A DNA stretch of 64,000 bases. Source: Octopus vulgaris. Lineage: Eukaryota. Below the pieces are notes generated by a model, which was not told the origin of the DNA, made no database searches, and was given only the letters and a program-made list of their open reading frames with translations. Of the stretch, positions 1 through 16,089 are shown piece by piece. Position numbers and translations under genes: made by a program. The number at the start of each line of letters is the position of its first letter. The first letter of the stretch is position 1. The DNA is taken from positions 17,546,001-17,610,000 of the forward strand of contig OX597814.1 of assembly GCA_951406725.2 (NCBI GenBank). The letters run 5' to 3'.

Positions 1-280
1 GCTTCTTCTCACATCGTGGAAGCTGCGGTCAGGACGAGACCCATAGTTTCTGTGGCCGAGCTGAACAAAATCCAGAAATACGGCGATCTGTCGGCCAACT
101 ACTTTTTCCATCCTGTGGCGTTCGAGACGTTTGGTAGGTTTCGGACCACTAACTGCGAGATTCCTGTCTTCACTGACATCTTGCGAGGCTCGTGAGGGCG
201 CCTGACTGTTCCAGCGCATCGGCCTCGCCATCACCCGCGGCAATGCTGCAAGCGTGCTGACGTGTCTCAATAGCCATTAG
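1..280 (+). pseudogene. 3' end of an RLE non-LTR retrotransposon (CRE-like), degenerate
   Basis: Manual translation gives AELNKIQKYGDLSANYFFHPVAFETFG, a frameshift, then ...REGA*LFQRIGLAITRGNAASVLTCLNSH* (TAG at 278-280). This is the KY..L / PVAxETxG / FQRIxxAIxRGNA C-terminus typical of CRE/R2-type RLE domains. Confidence 0.75.
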
Positions 281-1142
281 AAAGGTTTCCTAGCGCCCCA
301 ACTTTTCAACTCAAGGTGGTGAATTGTTTTGTCTGTTTTTTGTTTCATCTCTTTTTCTTTCTCTCTTTTTTTATTCTTTTTTTTTCTTTTTTAATTTTTT
401 TCAGTTGTGTTCTCTATTTTGTCCAGTTTTATAGTTTGATTTTGCCTGTGAAGACAATAAAAAATTAACATTTTATAAACAATTTGTGAATAATTTGTAA
501 GCAAAATTGACATTATTTTTTTAATTCTGCATGCAAAAACATATTTGGGACAAATTCTTTGTTGACAAGTGTTATTCTTATCGTAGTTTACAAATCCAAG
601 CATGTAAACGTTACTCAACTTTGGAGTTTTGGAGATAGACACTCACACACACACACACATACACACATGCACACACACATGCACTTATATATGAATGATG
701 TACATAAATACATAGCAGGTATACATAATATTGAAATACACTTAAAGTAAACATAAGTAAAACAAATATATCAATAAAACAAATTTTTAAAAATGATAAA
801 AACATACAATCAATGAAGAGACAAAAGAAACAATAAGACGGTACATATCTATTTTATTATGTATTTCTGTTTATTTATAAACCTACAATGAACAGGTCAG
901 ATGCTAAACTATAAATTTCACAGAGTACAACCTTAAAGTTGACATCACTCCGCTAAATGCAGACAATTCCTGTCTTGCTACTGGCTAAAATACTAACTTT
1001 GTTTCCATTTTTAAACCTCTTCTCTCCACAAATCATAACTTCAAAGCAAGGAGACTGGAAGGCTACATTATTATTGCCGATTTTCAGACCTTTTACTTCC
1101 TGTTAAAAAACGCGTATTTTGAGAATGAGAAAAATTAGATCC

Positions 1143-1330
1143 GCAGTATTTCTTCTGCTGTTACGTTCTGAGTTCAAATTCCGCCGAGGTCGACTTTGTC
1201 TTTCATCCTTTCGGGGTCGAATAAATAAGTACCAGTTATGCACTGGATCGATGTAATCGACTAAATCCCTTTTGTCTGTCCTTGTTTGTCCCATCTACGT
1301 TTAGCACCCCACTGTGGGCAATAAAGAATT
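1143..1330 (+). mobile_element. SINE family A, 5'-truncated
   Basis: Carries the body GAGTTCAAATTCCGCCGAGGTCGACTTTG.CTTTCATCCTTTCGGGGTCG and tail TGTGGGCAATAAAGAA shared with more than 10 copies in the window; the core resembles the Deu/Nin SINE domain. Confidence 0.85.
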
Positions 1331-1714
1331 AAATACTGTGTACTAGAGGTACATTTCGAACAGAAGAGGTTTATTAGATTTTTGTCGGTTAAATAAATGG
1401 ACATAATCCACAAATCCATTGCTCCAGCTGTACTATCTCACGTCTCTAATCAGAATTGTTGTTACACAACCAACGTCACTCTCGTGCGTATCTTTTTTAT
1501 TCTTGGGTGGAGGTATGATAAAAATACATGTTGTTAGAGTATGTGATTGTATTACTTGAAGTTGAATCTTATTTGTTAGATTTTAGAAGTATTATATACA
1601 TGGAGATCTCTAAGCGAACTGGTAATACAAGGTTGTTCAAGGATGTTAAACGAAACATCCGTGTTTCCAGAGGTGAATTATTCAAACTCCAAAGAATTCT
1701 TCTCAATACATGAT

Positions 1715-1947
1715 TATGATGTTCACTCCCTACTTCTGCTCGTGATCAGAGATCCACATATTGTCAGCCAGCAAGGGACATGGTCAACTGGTTAAGGTCA
1801 GACAACTAACAAGCAAATCTGTGGTATTGAGCAGAATATTTGCTGTAGCCCATCTTTTATTGCAAGACAAAGCAATGTATATGATAACACTTCCAATCAG
1901 TTAAGATCAGAAGCCACAAGAGCCACTGCCTGGTACTGCATCAGGGC

Positions 1948-1950
<3 letters not shown>
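1715..1950. repeat. Unclassified interspersed repeat abutting (TTA)n
   Basis: Block ending CAGAAGCCACAAGAGCCACTGCCTGGTACTGCATCAGGGCATT joins the TTA array directly. I recall it as a common octopus repeat, but it is single-copy in this window. Confidence 0.35.
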
Positions 1951-2016
<66 letters not shown>

Positions 2017-2027
2017 CATTATTATTA

Positions 2028-2085
<58 letters not shown>

Positions 2086-2112
2086 CATTATTATTATTAT
2101 TATTATTATTAT
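1951..2112. repeat. (TTA)n microsatellite, first segment of the R4/Dong target array
   Basis: Direct sequence. Further TTA segments at about 4775-4870, 5408-5423, 5570-5873, 6752-6767, 7054-7125, 7336-7407 and 7442-7483. Confidence 0.98.
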
Positions 2113-5407
<3,295 letters not shown>

Positions 5408-5569
5408 ATTATTATTATTATTACTTTTTTTTTTCTTCTTTCAAATTTGCTTCCATTCCTTGCCGAGTGTCTTCCCGACTCCTAGGGCAAAGAAACTCAT
5501 AGTATACATTGGTAGGCCATTAAACCAAACTCAGTAGTTCGTTCATTTTTTTTTTTAAGTTAAATTAAA

Positions 5570-5635
<66 letters not shown>

Positions 5636-5664
5636 ATTATTATTACTATTATTATTATTATTAC

Positions 5665-5715
<51 letters not shown>

Positions 5716-5772
5716 CATTATTATTATTATTCTTATTATTAATATTATTATTACTATTATTATTATTATTAC

Positions 5773-5808
<36 letters not shown>

Positions 5809-5834
5809 CATTATTATCATTATCATTATTATTA

Positions 5835-5873
<39 letters not shown>

Positions 5874-5876
<3 letters not shown>

Positions 5877-6751
5877 GTTTGACTTTTGCTTTATATTTGT
5901 ACAAGTTGGCTCCAAGTCTCACCCGGAGACCTCAAGAGACAACAGATTGGAAGTTCACATTGTTGTTATGCCTAGTGTGCCATATATTTGGTTGTTTTTT
6001 GTGTTGTACTGGTGGATGTCTAAAAAAAAATGTTTGTTTTAAACCTTGAGATTACATAGAAAGTATTTTGAGTAGGATATGAACAGTTCCCATGAGCACT
6101 ATCTTTTGAATTTCTGCCATTTTGGGGTTTCCTGGTATCTGAGTTAGGTAGCTATCAGCCCCTTTTGCTATCATTCCCAGGGCACCTATGACAACAGGTA
6201 TTGTTTTAGTCTTCAGGTTCCACATTTTGCTGATTTCTATTTCAAGATCTTTATATTTGCTCAGTTTTTGGTAGGTCTTGACAGATACGTTTATATGTTC
6301 TTTGTTTGAAGTCTTTCAATATGATGTCTGGCCTATTTGCATTTATCTTTCTGTCAGTTTGAATGGTGAAGTTCCAGAGGAGTGAGATGTGGTCATTTTC
6401 AAGCACTGGAGGTGGTTTCTGTTCCCACCAGTTATTTTCATGGGGCAAATCCAGGTTTTTGCAGATTACCCAGAGAATATATTGTGCAGCTCTATCGTGC
6501 CTGTTGAGATACTCTGCGCTAGAAGACTGCACTTGGAGACCACATGATCAATGGTTTCATTTTGTTGCTGGCATACACGACACGTTGGACTGCTGCTGAT
6601 CTTTAATATGTTGGCCTGGTAGTTTCTTGTTGGTAGGCATTGATCTTGAGCTGCTATGATAAACCCCTCTGTTTCAGATTTTAAGCCAGAGGCCATTAGC
6701 CATTGATGGGTCAGGGCTTTGTCAACATCTGCATTATTCGGTCTCTTTGGG
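5874..6751 (-). mobile_element. R4/Dong-type element, family 1, second 5'-truncated copy
   Basis: Near-identical to 2120-3051 (same 3' UTR, WLMASGLKSETEGF, RHD), with small deletions; flanked by TTA. Confidence 0.92.
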
Positions 6752-6767
6752 TTATTATTATTATTAT

Positions 6768-7440
<673 letters not shown>

Positions 7441-7441
7441 C

Positions 7442-7483
<42 letters not shown>

Positions 7484-7844
7484 CTGACACTCGTGTACAT
7501 TTAAATCCAGGTTTTTTCTTCACTTGAAATCAGGCAATAATAAATTATCAAAATGTTTTAAGCGAGGCATTCTCGTAAGTCTCAAAGAGACAAGCTTTTC
7601 TTTAGGATACGAGCTGTACACAGCAAAGCTCTTTTCTAGATAACTTCAAGCCTAATAATAACTCAAATATCGTCGATATTATTTGCAAACATGTTAGGGA
7701 CTGCGTCCAACGCTCAGTCATCATCTGCCTTTATATGTTCATTTGACCTGCAAGAAACAACGCCCACACAACTTCAAATCACATTGTACCATCTTAAATA
7801 TGCATTGGCTATGCTGGGTAAGTTAATCCGGAATATTTTTTGCC

Positions 7845-8255
7845 TTTTATATTTTGGTTCAGTCATTGGACTGTGACCATGCTGAAGCAACGCCTCAAAA
7901 GGGTTTAGTTGAACAAACTGTTCCCAGTGAATATTTTTAAAGTATGGTACATATTCTATCGGTTACTTTAGCCGAACCGCTAAGTTACGGAGACCAAAAA
8001 AAATGTACACAAGCATGTCAAAGTTATACACGGAAAAGTCACATACAAGATGGTGATATGGTCATCTCCCATCGGTTATCAGTCAAAAATCTTCACAAGT
8101 CTGTGCCATTATATTTACATGGTAGTTTTCCATACAGCCTCTGCCTACTAAATTCACGCACAAGACATTTGCCGTAGACCCCATGCTATTGGATTGAACA
8201 CGAAACCACATGGATTCAAAGCGAGCTTCTTAAACAAGTAGTCAAGCCTGCGCCT
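7845..8255 (-). mobile_element. SINE family B, old diverged copy
   Basis: CAGTCATTGGACTGTGACCATGCTG...ATTCTATCGG...GCCGAACCGCTAAGTTACGG...CCTGCGCCTA. Confidence 0.7.
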
Positions 8256-8274
8256 ATATATTTAAGAAGACAGA

Positions 8275-8688
8275 TAAGACGTTTGTTCCAGCCACGTGGT
8301 GACGGTTTCAGTCCCGTTGCGTGTCACATTGGGGAAGCGTCTTCTACTATAGCCTTGGACTGAGAGTGATTTTGGTAGACGGAATGTGTGTGTGTATATG
8401 TGAATGTATATGTGTATGTGTGTGTGTATATGTGAATGTCTGTGAGTGTGCGTGTGTCTGTGTGTGTGAATGTGTTTGTTCCGCCCCCCCCCCACCGCTT
8501 GAAAACCGTTGTTGGTGTGTTTACGTCCCTGTAACTTAGCGAATCAGCAAATAAGATCGATAGAATAAGCACCTGGCTTAAAACAAACTAAGTACTGGGG
8601 TCAATTTGTTCGACTAAAATTCTCCATTGTGATACCCCAGCATGGCCGCAGTCTAATGACTGAAACAAGTAAAAGATCAAAGATAAAA
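8275..8688 (+). mobile_element. SINE family B, old diverged copy
   Basis: GTCTTCTACTATAGCC, central (TG)n, tail GCATGGCCGCAGTCTAATGACTGAAACAAGTAAAAGA. Confidence 0.75.
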
Positions 8689-8976
8689 GGTACGTCTACC
8701 CTATGATAACTGGCCTTAGGCTAAATCACAACACACGCAATTTGCACCCCAGCCATCCCATCCACAACAAGACAATACCCTTCACCACCATCACCATTGC
8801 TAACAATGACGCCACCACCCACTAATCATCAAATACTGACATTTATAGGTTCCGCTATCAGTAATGCTACCCACGCAGCTACCTTTCCTCAATACCGCAA
8901 CACAGGGAAAGGAACAACACATAATACATACGCACACGTATGCACACATGCGCCCACACATACACAAGCTTTCACA

Positions 8977-9024
<48 letters not shown>

Positions 9025-9360
9025 TATGCAAACACTTACAGCTCCTACCCATCTCCTTACATAAACAACTATTAACCAGTTTCTAACAACAATAGAAGCA
9101 ACCACTCCCAGAAGTTGGGAAGGTGAGAAAGGTGTGGACAGCAACGCCAACTCACAACAGCAACAACTACAAAATAATTTAAACAATGAATGTATGAATC
9201 TGTGTGTTATGTGTGAGAAAGACAGAGGGAGTATTGGAGAGAAAGAGACAGAAAGAAAGAGAGTGGGTGCAGAGGAGAAGACAAGAATTGAGAACGTAAG
9301 TGTGGAAGAGATAGAATGGGAGGTGGGCTATAGTCGATCTTCAGTTTGTTTTTCAAGTCG

Positions 9361-9771
9361 GTGGAGCTGGCAGAACCGTTAGCACGCCGGGTGAAATGTG
9401 TAGCCGTATTTCGTCTGCCGCTACGTTCTGAGTTCAAATTCCGCCGAGGTCGACTTTGCCTTTCATCCTTTCGGGGGTCGATTAAATAAGTACCAGTTAC
9501 GCACTGGGTTCGATATAATCGACTTAATCCGTTTGTCTGTCCTTTGTCCTCTCTGTGTTTAAGCCCCTTGTGGGTAGTAAAGAAATAGGTATTTCGTCTG
9601 CTGCTACGTTTTGAGTTCAAATTCCGCCGAGGTCGACTTTGCCTTTCATCCTTTCAGGGTCGATTAAATAAGTACGAGTTACGCACTGGGGTCGATGTAA
9701 TCGACTTAATCCGTTTGTCTGTCGTTGATTGTCCCCTCTGTGTTTAGCCCCCTGTGGGCAATAAAGAAATA
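9361..9771 (+). mobile_element. SINE family A dimer
   Basis: Head GAGCTGGCAGAACCGTTAGC; two bodies of about 185 bp joined at AAGAAATA|GGTATTTCGTCTG (9588). Confidence 0.9.
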
Positions 9772-9907
9772 GATACTGTCTCGCAGTCGTAGCTCACAAC
9801 AGAAATACAATGGTGGGCCGGGCGAATCTTCGTGAACATCCAAATGATATGAAATACGAACATGTGCCAAATAAAATGTGGGCCCTAAATGTACATATAT
9901 ATGAACG

Positions 9908-9979
9908 TATAGATTGGCGCAGTGGAAGCGTGCTGGGCCCATAACCCGGAGGTCCGTAGATCGAAACTACGCCCTGCTA
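9908..9979 (+). tRNA. Initiator tRNA-Met(CAT), probable pseudogene (acceptor stem broken)
   Basis: TGGCGCAGTGGAAGCGTGCTGGGCCCATAACCCGGAGGTCCGTAGATCGAAACTACGCCCTGCTA: CAT anticodon at 9940-9942, GGG/CCC anticodon stem and initiator T-loop GATCGAAA. The 5' end reads TATAGAT instead of AGCAGAG. Confidence 0.88.
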
Positions 9980-9999
9980 AGTGGGCTGTTTGTTCGTCG

Positions 10000-10410
10000 T
10001 AGGCGTAGGAGTGGCTGTGTGGTAAGTATCTTGCTTACCAGCCACATGATTCCGTGTTCATTCCACTGCGTGGCACCTTGGGCAAGTGTCTTCTACTATA
10101 GCCTCGGGCCGACCAAAGCCTTGTGAGTGGATTTGGTAGACGGAAACTGAAAGAAGCCCGTCGTATATATGTATATATATGTGTGTGTATGTTTGTGTGT
10201 CTGTGTTTGTCCCCCTAGCATTGCTTGACAACTGATGCTGGTGTGTTTACGTCGCCGTCACTTGGCGGTTCGGCAAGGGAAACCGATGGAATGAGTGCTG
10301 GGCTTGCAAGGAATAGGTCATGGGGTCGAGTTGCTCGATTAAAGGCGGTGCTCCAGCATGGCCGCAGTCAAATGACTGAAACAAGTAAAAGAGTAACAGA
10401 GTAAAAAGAG
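10000..10410 (+). mobile_element. SINE family B (tRNA-derived, CORE-like segment), with A>G cluster
   Basis: Head AGGCGTAGGAGTGGCTGTGTGGTAAG, GCGTGGCACCTTGGGCAAGTG, central (TA/TG)n and (AGTAAAAG)n tail. Confidence 0.92.
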
Positions 10411-10482
10411 TATAGAGTGGCGCAGTGGAAGCGTGCTGGGTCCATAACCCAGAGGTCCGTAGATCGAAACTACGCCCTGCTA
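10411..10482 (+). tRNA. Initiator tRNA-Met(CAT), second tandem copy, probable pseudogene
   Basis: TATAGAGTGGCGCAGTGGAAGCGTGCTGGGTCCATAACCCAGAGGTCCGTAGATCGAAACTACGCCCTGCTA, 503 bp downstream of the first copy. Confidence 0.88.
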
Positions 10483-10502
10483 AGTGGGCTGTTTGTTAGT
10501 CG

Positions 10503-10910
10503 TAGGCGTAGGAGTGACTGTGTGGTAAGTAGCTTGCTTACCAGCCACATGACTCCGTGTTCATTCCACTGCTTGGCACCTTGGACAAGTGTCTTCTACT
10601 ATAGCCTCGGGCCGACCAAAGCCTTGTGAGTGGATTTGGTAGACGGAAACTGAAAGAAGCCCGTCGTATATATGTATATATATGTATGTTTGTGTGTCTG
10701 TGTTTGTCCCCCCAACATCGCTTGCCAACCGATGCTGGTGTGTTTACGTCTCTGTAACTTAGTGGTTCGGCAAAAAAAAACCCGATAGAATAAGTACTAG
10801 GCTTACAAAGAATAAGTCCTGGGGTCGATTTGCTCGACTAAAGGCGGTGCTCCAGCATGGCCACAGTCAAATGACTGAAACAAGTGAAAGAAGTAAAGAG
10901 AGTAAAAGAG
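10503..10910 (+). mobile_element. SINE family B, second unit of the tandem
   Basis: Same architecture as 10000-10410. Confidence 0.92.
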
Positions 10911-11793
10911 TATGTGCTTTATACAGGAACTGAAATGCATGTTTATAGACAGATCTAACCCCCTTGGCAATAGTGCATTGTATGTGGTACAGATCCACTA
11001 CACCGAAACCACTACCAACGCATTTGTAACCACGCTGCACTTGTATCTGAGTGTTTGAAGAAGCACACAATATATATAGCAAGACATATTCTAAACTGAG
11101 CTTCTATTTTACGGACACACGCACGCACACACATACACACACATATATATGTATATAAATATATTCAACAGATTTTTGTTTTAGCAAAAACTGTGCTTTC
11201 GCCAATTCAAGGAGCTCGTCAGAGACTAACAGTACTTTGAAACTGTTAACGAAGCGAAAATATTTCTGGCCATTTATATGCAGAAACTAATTCGCATTCA
11301 AAATAGCCAAAATTAAGAAGGTATAAATGAGAAATGAGTCCTCCGGGGTTGATTATGTCAAAGGATCGGTGAAAGAAAGGAAGTAAACGAAGCACATTCG
11401 ACAAAATATTATGGGAAGACAAACATACATAAAAACGACAGTCAGTCGTTGTAAAAACATTATACTACTTAAATATACATGCACACTCAATAATTTGATT
11501 AAAAAAAATAAACATGAAAAAAACGAAGGAAATGAACGATAAATTATTAGCCAATTAAAATAACTTAAATAGTAATCTTTTAATCTCGACATTGTTGCAG
11601 CTTCAAAGTTGCGGCCATGCTGGGGAACAATAATGCATAATAATAATAATTTGCAAGATTGAATAAAAACATGACTAAATTCCCTATCTTTTGACAGTGT
11701 TAAGGTACTATGGATACATGTACTGGGACCTGTTTAAACATTTGCTTGCATACAATCTTTCCCTCTCTTTCTTTCTTTCTTTCTTTCTCTTTT

Positions 11794-11843
<50 letters not shown>

Positions 11844-11852
11844 CACACGCAT

Positions 11853-11920
<68 letters not shown>

Positions 11921-12469
11921 TTTTATTCTTTTACTTTTTGGTCATTTGACTGCCGCCATGCGAGCACCGCCTTAAAAGGTTATATTTGAAGGAATGTACT
12001 TATTCTATCGGTCTATTTTGCCGAACCACTATGTTACGGGGACGTAAACACACCAAGATCGGTTGTCGAACGATGGCGAGGACACACACACACATACGTG
12101 TGTGTGTGTGTGTGTTATGTTAGGTAATACGAAGAGGAAAGAATGAACTCAAAGCAGAAATATATTATTACCTGCAGAAATTAACAAGTGACTCAAAGTA
12201 CGGAAAATTTTGTGCAAAATTCATGAGAAGAATTACTCAATCCATGATATGTTGTATAAATATATTTATTCGGCTGATACCGTAAGTCTCTCCTCCTAGT
12301 TCAACTATTTCTTTTCTGGGTAGTCGAGAATAACAGATCTGTAAAGAAAACAAATTTAAAAAGTGACAAAACAAAATTATCACAACTTTTATGGAAATAC
12401 GTTGCATGAATTTTTACTATATGATGAATATAAATTCGAAAACAAATTCAAACGTATACAAAGTGAATG

Positions 12470-12578
12470 TTCTCTCTTTTCTCTTTTACTTGTTTCAGTC
12501 ATTTGACTGTGGCCATGACGGAGCACCGCCTTTAGTCGAGCGATGTTGGGGGACAAACACAGACACACAAACACACTT

Positions 12579-12632
<54 letters not shown>

Positions 12633-12889
12633 GAGATAGGGGTTGTAAATTCAACCCTCCATGGGATAACATATATCCAATATACTGCTAGAGAAGTACC
12701 CAACAAAGCTAATACATAAATGTTAAAAATTGCGATGCAATTAATTCATTTACTGTATTAGGTGGGCAAAGGTAAAATTATTTTTACCGTAAATTAATAA
12801 TACAAAATGAGAAAATGGAGAAATATATCTAAATCAATCATCAACTATCAGATGATACCGAATCATATACTTTATTAAACCACTACACA

Positions 12890-12920
<31 letters not shown>

Positions 12921-13085
12921 CGAGGGTCTTCTTTCAGTTTCCGTCTGCCAAATACACTCACAAGGTTTTGGTCGGCCCGAGGCTATAGTAAAAGACACTT
13001 GCCCAAAGTGCCACGCAGTGGGACTGAACCCGGAACCATGTGATTGGTAAGCAAGCTATTTACCGCACAGCCACTCCTGCGCCTA
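12470..13085 (-). mobile_element. SINE family B interrupted in its (TA)n by an unrelated block of about 260 bp
   Basis: Tail part at 12470-12580 and head part at 12915-13085; the intervening 12630-12890 lies between TA runs. Confidence 0.75.
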
Positions 13086-13384
13086 TGCTTTTATTCACAT
13101 AGATTGCCACAAGGGTAGTACTTACCACACAGCCACTCCTGCACCTAAAGCTCTGCAAAACTTTTAAATCAAATGGATCAAACGGAACATTTGTCTATTT
13201 AAATCTCATCTGACATTAAAGACTCACACGCACAATTTTAACGCCAGTCAAAGACATGGATGCTTCAACCAATTTAAAGGTGAACCGGGGAGAGTTAGAA
13301 TATGCACATTAGATTTTATAAAAACCTAAGTAATATACCTATCTATCTTTATTGGAAGTGAAGAATTTTTATAACCAAATGTGT

Positions 13385-13973
13385 TAATAATATTTTCTAC
13401 TCGAGGCACAAGGCTCAAAATTTTGGGGGAAGTGGGGACTAGCCGATTAGATCGACCACAGTACGCAACTGGTATTTAATTTATCGACCCCGAAAGGATG
13501 AAAGGCAAAGTTGACCTCGGCGGAATTTGAACTCAGAACGTAGCGGCAGACGAAATGCCTATTTCTTTACTACCCACAAGGGGCTAAACACAGAGAGGAC
13601 AAACAAGGACAGACAAACGGATTAAGTCGATTATATCGACTCCAGTGCGTAGCTGGTACTTAATTTATCGACCCCGAAAGGATGAAAGGCAAAGTCGACC
13701 TCGGCGGAATTTGAACTCAGAACGTAGCGGTAGACGAAATGCCTATTTCTTTACTACCCACAAGGGGCTAAACACAGAGAGGACAAACGAGGACAGACAA
13801 ACGGATTAAGTCGATTATATCGACTCCAGTGCGTAGCAGGTACTTAATTTATCGATCCCCTAAGGATGAAAGGCAAAGTCGAACTCGGCGGAATTTGAAC
13901 TCAGAACGTAACGGCAGACGAAATACCGTTAAGCATTTCGCCCGGTGTGCTAACGTTTCTGCCAGCTCGCCGC
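13385..13973 (-). mobile_element. SINE family A trimer; the 3'-most unit has a different tail
   Basis: Junctions GACGAAATGCCTATTTCTTT at about 13550 and 13735. The terminal unit ends (sense) CTTGTGCCTCGAGTAGAAAATATTATT. Confidence 0.9.
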
Positions 13974-14127
13974 TATGACCAAGTGGGTAAATAATACTGG
14001 AGAAAAGTTAACCTCTTTTATAGAACTCGGTATTGTAGAATACTATCCACCCATTTTAAATTTTGCTTTCTTTTCTTTTTTTTTTCTTTGCTTCAAATCT
14101 TTAAAATTTGGTGAGGCATATATGACT

Positions 14128-14345
14128 ATGTGGAGGCGCAATGGCCCAGTGTTTAGGGCAGCAGAGTCGCGGTCGGAGGATTGCGGTTTCATTTCCCAGA
14201 CTGGGCGTTGTGTGTGTTTATTGAGCGAAAACACCAAAAAGCTCCACGAGGCTCCGGTAGGGGGTGGTGGCGATCCCTGTTGTACTCTTTCGCCACAACT
14301 TTCTCTCGCTCACTCTTCCTGTTTCTTGAGTAAAGCTGCGATGCA
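14128..14345 (+). mobile_element. SINE family C (tRNA-Arg-like head), partial
   Basis: GGAGGCGCAATGGCCCAGTG...TTTATTGAGCGAAAACACC. Confidence 0.85.
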
Positions 14346-15506
14346 AAATGTATTCCATAAACTCAATACAAACAACCCAACGAGAATGTAGTCGTCAAAA
14401 CTTAACTTGTTTCACAGTGGTTAAAAAAGACATACAATCAGTAAACGGCAAAGTAAAAACGTATATCAGTTTAACCATGACCAGTTTTCTCTAATTTGCC
14501 AAAAGAAACTTATTCATATGTTTGCATTTGTTGAAAATTTCTGATCAGGAATTCAGCAGTGCAGTGGAATTCTTTGATCAAAATGGGATATGTGATCTTC
14601 TACCGACGCATAACTTGCATTTTTTAGATCCTTAAAAAATTTTCTTTAAGATAAGCAAAATTGGCTATCCTATTACTAACAAGAAACTTTCCTACATTCA
14701 TAAACAGTCCTGTCACCTCCTATAGTGTTTTGAGACCTGATAGCTAACAAAAGACGCCACGCTAACCGCTTATCTATTTTCAAGCACTTGAACAAAAGTA
14801 TAACCACCAAGCTGGTTTGAAGACCAATTCCACGCTACATACAATCAAGTGAAAAGTCATAGATCTAAAAAAATCATATATCTAAAAGCATGCATGTTAT
14901 GCGTTGTTAAAAGAGCACATATCTTTTTTAGATCTAAGAAATCCTCTGTACTGCTGAATTCCAGACCAGAAATTTTCAGCGAATGGAAACATATAGACAA
15001 CTTTCTTCTGACGAATTGTATGCACAGAGCCCGAAGATTACTTGGAGGCACTAGGCGTGTTATCAAAACCTACCTAGAAAATATCTCCAATGTATGAAAC
15101 TATCAGTAGCTCGTACCGTGTACATTAAGCAATATACTTAATAAGACGCACTTCAGTTTTGGCTGGCCAAACGTCTTGAAAAAATTAAAATGAAACCTGC
15201 TTCGCCAGACATTCATACTTCTCCCTTCATTAAAATCATTACAAAATTTTATTAATTCGGATTGTCATGAAATCACACAAATTTATAGCAACAAAAATAC
15301 GTTAGGTTTACCGTTGCCTCATTTCCAGCCAAAAAGAAAATTCTAATCTTTCAAGAATACTCCTGCACCCATGGATTTTATATTGCTCACGTGGTTTGTA
15401 TTTACAACTGACACTTGCGTTACTGCTGAAATTCGATACGTAGAACTATGTATTTATACTGAACTCTAAAACATTAGGGAATTCAAACTAGTTGTTATGA
15501 AACAGC

Positions 15507-15655
15507 GTGGAGGCACATGGCCTAGTGGTTAGTGCAGCGGACTCGTGGTCGAGGGATCGCGGGTTCGAATCTCAGATCGGGCGATGTGTGTGTTTATGAG
15601 CTAAACACCTAAGCTCCTCGCGGCTCCGGCAGAAGTTAATGGCGAACTTCTGCTG
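15507..15655 (+). mobile_element. SINE family E (C-like head), 5' part
   Basis: GGAGGCACATGGCCTAGTGGTTAG (A box) and GGTTCGAATC (B box); matches 36790-37097 and 45160-45430. Confidence 0.8.
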
Positions 15656-15849
15656 AGAAGCAAGAAGTTTTATAAATAAGAGTTCATTTTATGGAAGACT
15701 GCAACATTTATTAAGGCTTATTCTCAAAAAACCGAGTAATGGGATAGATGTGAATTAGTAGTCAAGGTGAATTAGAAGTCAAGTAGTGGCATAGGTTTCG
15801 AATCAGTTGTCCGCTCTTTAATCAGCTTCAATTTAAGGGTCGTGGTCAT

Positions 15850-16063
15850 AGTGGGCACCGAAAACTAATGATGCTGCACTTTCATTAATCCTGCTTTGAT
15901 AGTTGGCCTTTGCTGACCGCGAGAGCTTGATGCTGCTACTCATAGTCACACTTCCTGCCGTGAAGTTGGTTCATCTGGGACTCTTGAGAATAGGAGATCC
16001 AGTTTAGTTTTGAAGAAATCTACACCCACTACACGTACGTCTTGCAGCTCTTTCGGGAGAAGC
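15850..16063 (-). mobile_element. CR1/Jockey-group LINE 3' remnant
   Basis: Minus strand reads LLPKELQDVRVVGVDFFKTKLDLLFSRVPDEPTSRQEV, resembling the LP..L...FK.KLD..L..VPDEP ORF2 C-terminus. Confidence 0.55.
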
Positions 16064-16089
16064 TGATATGTTTTTATGTATGTACGTTT

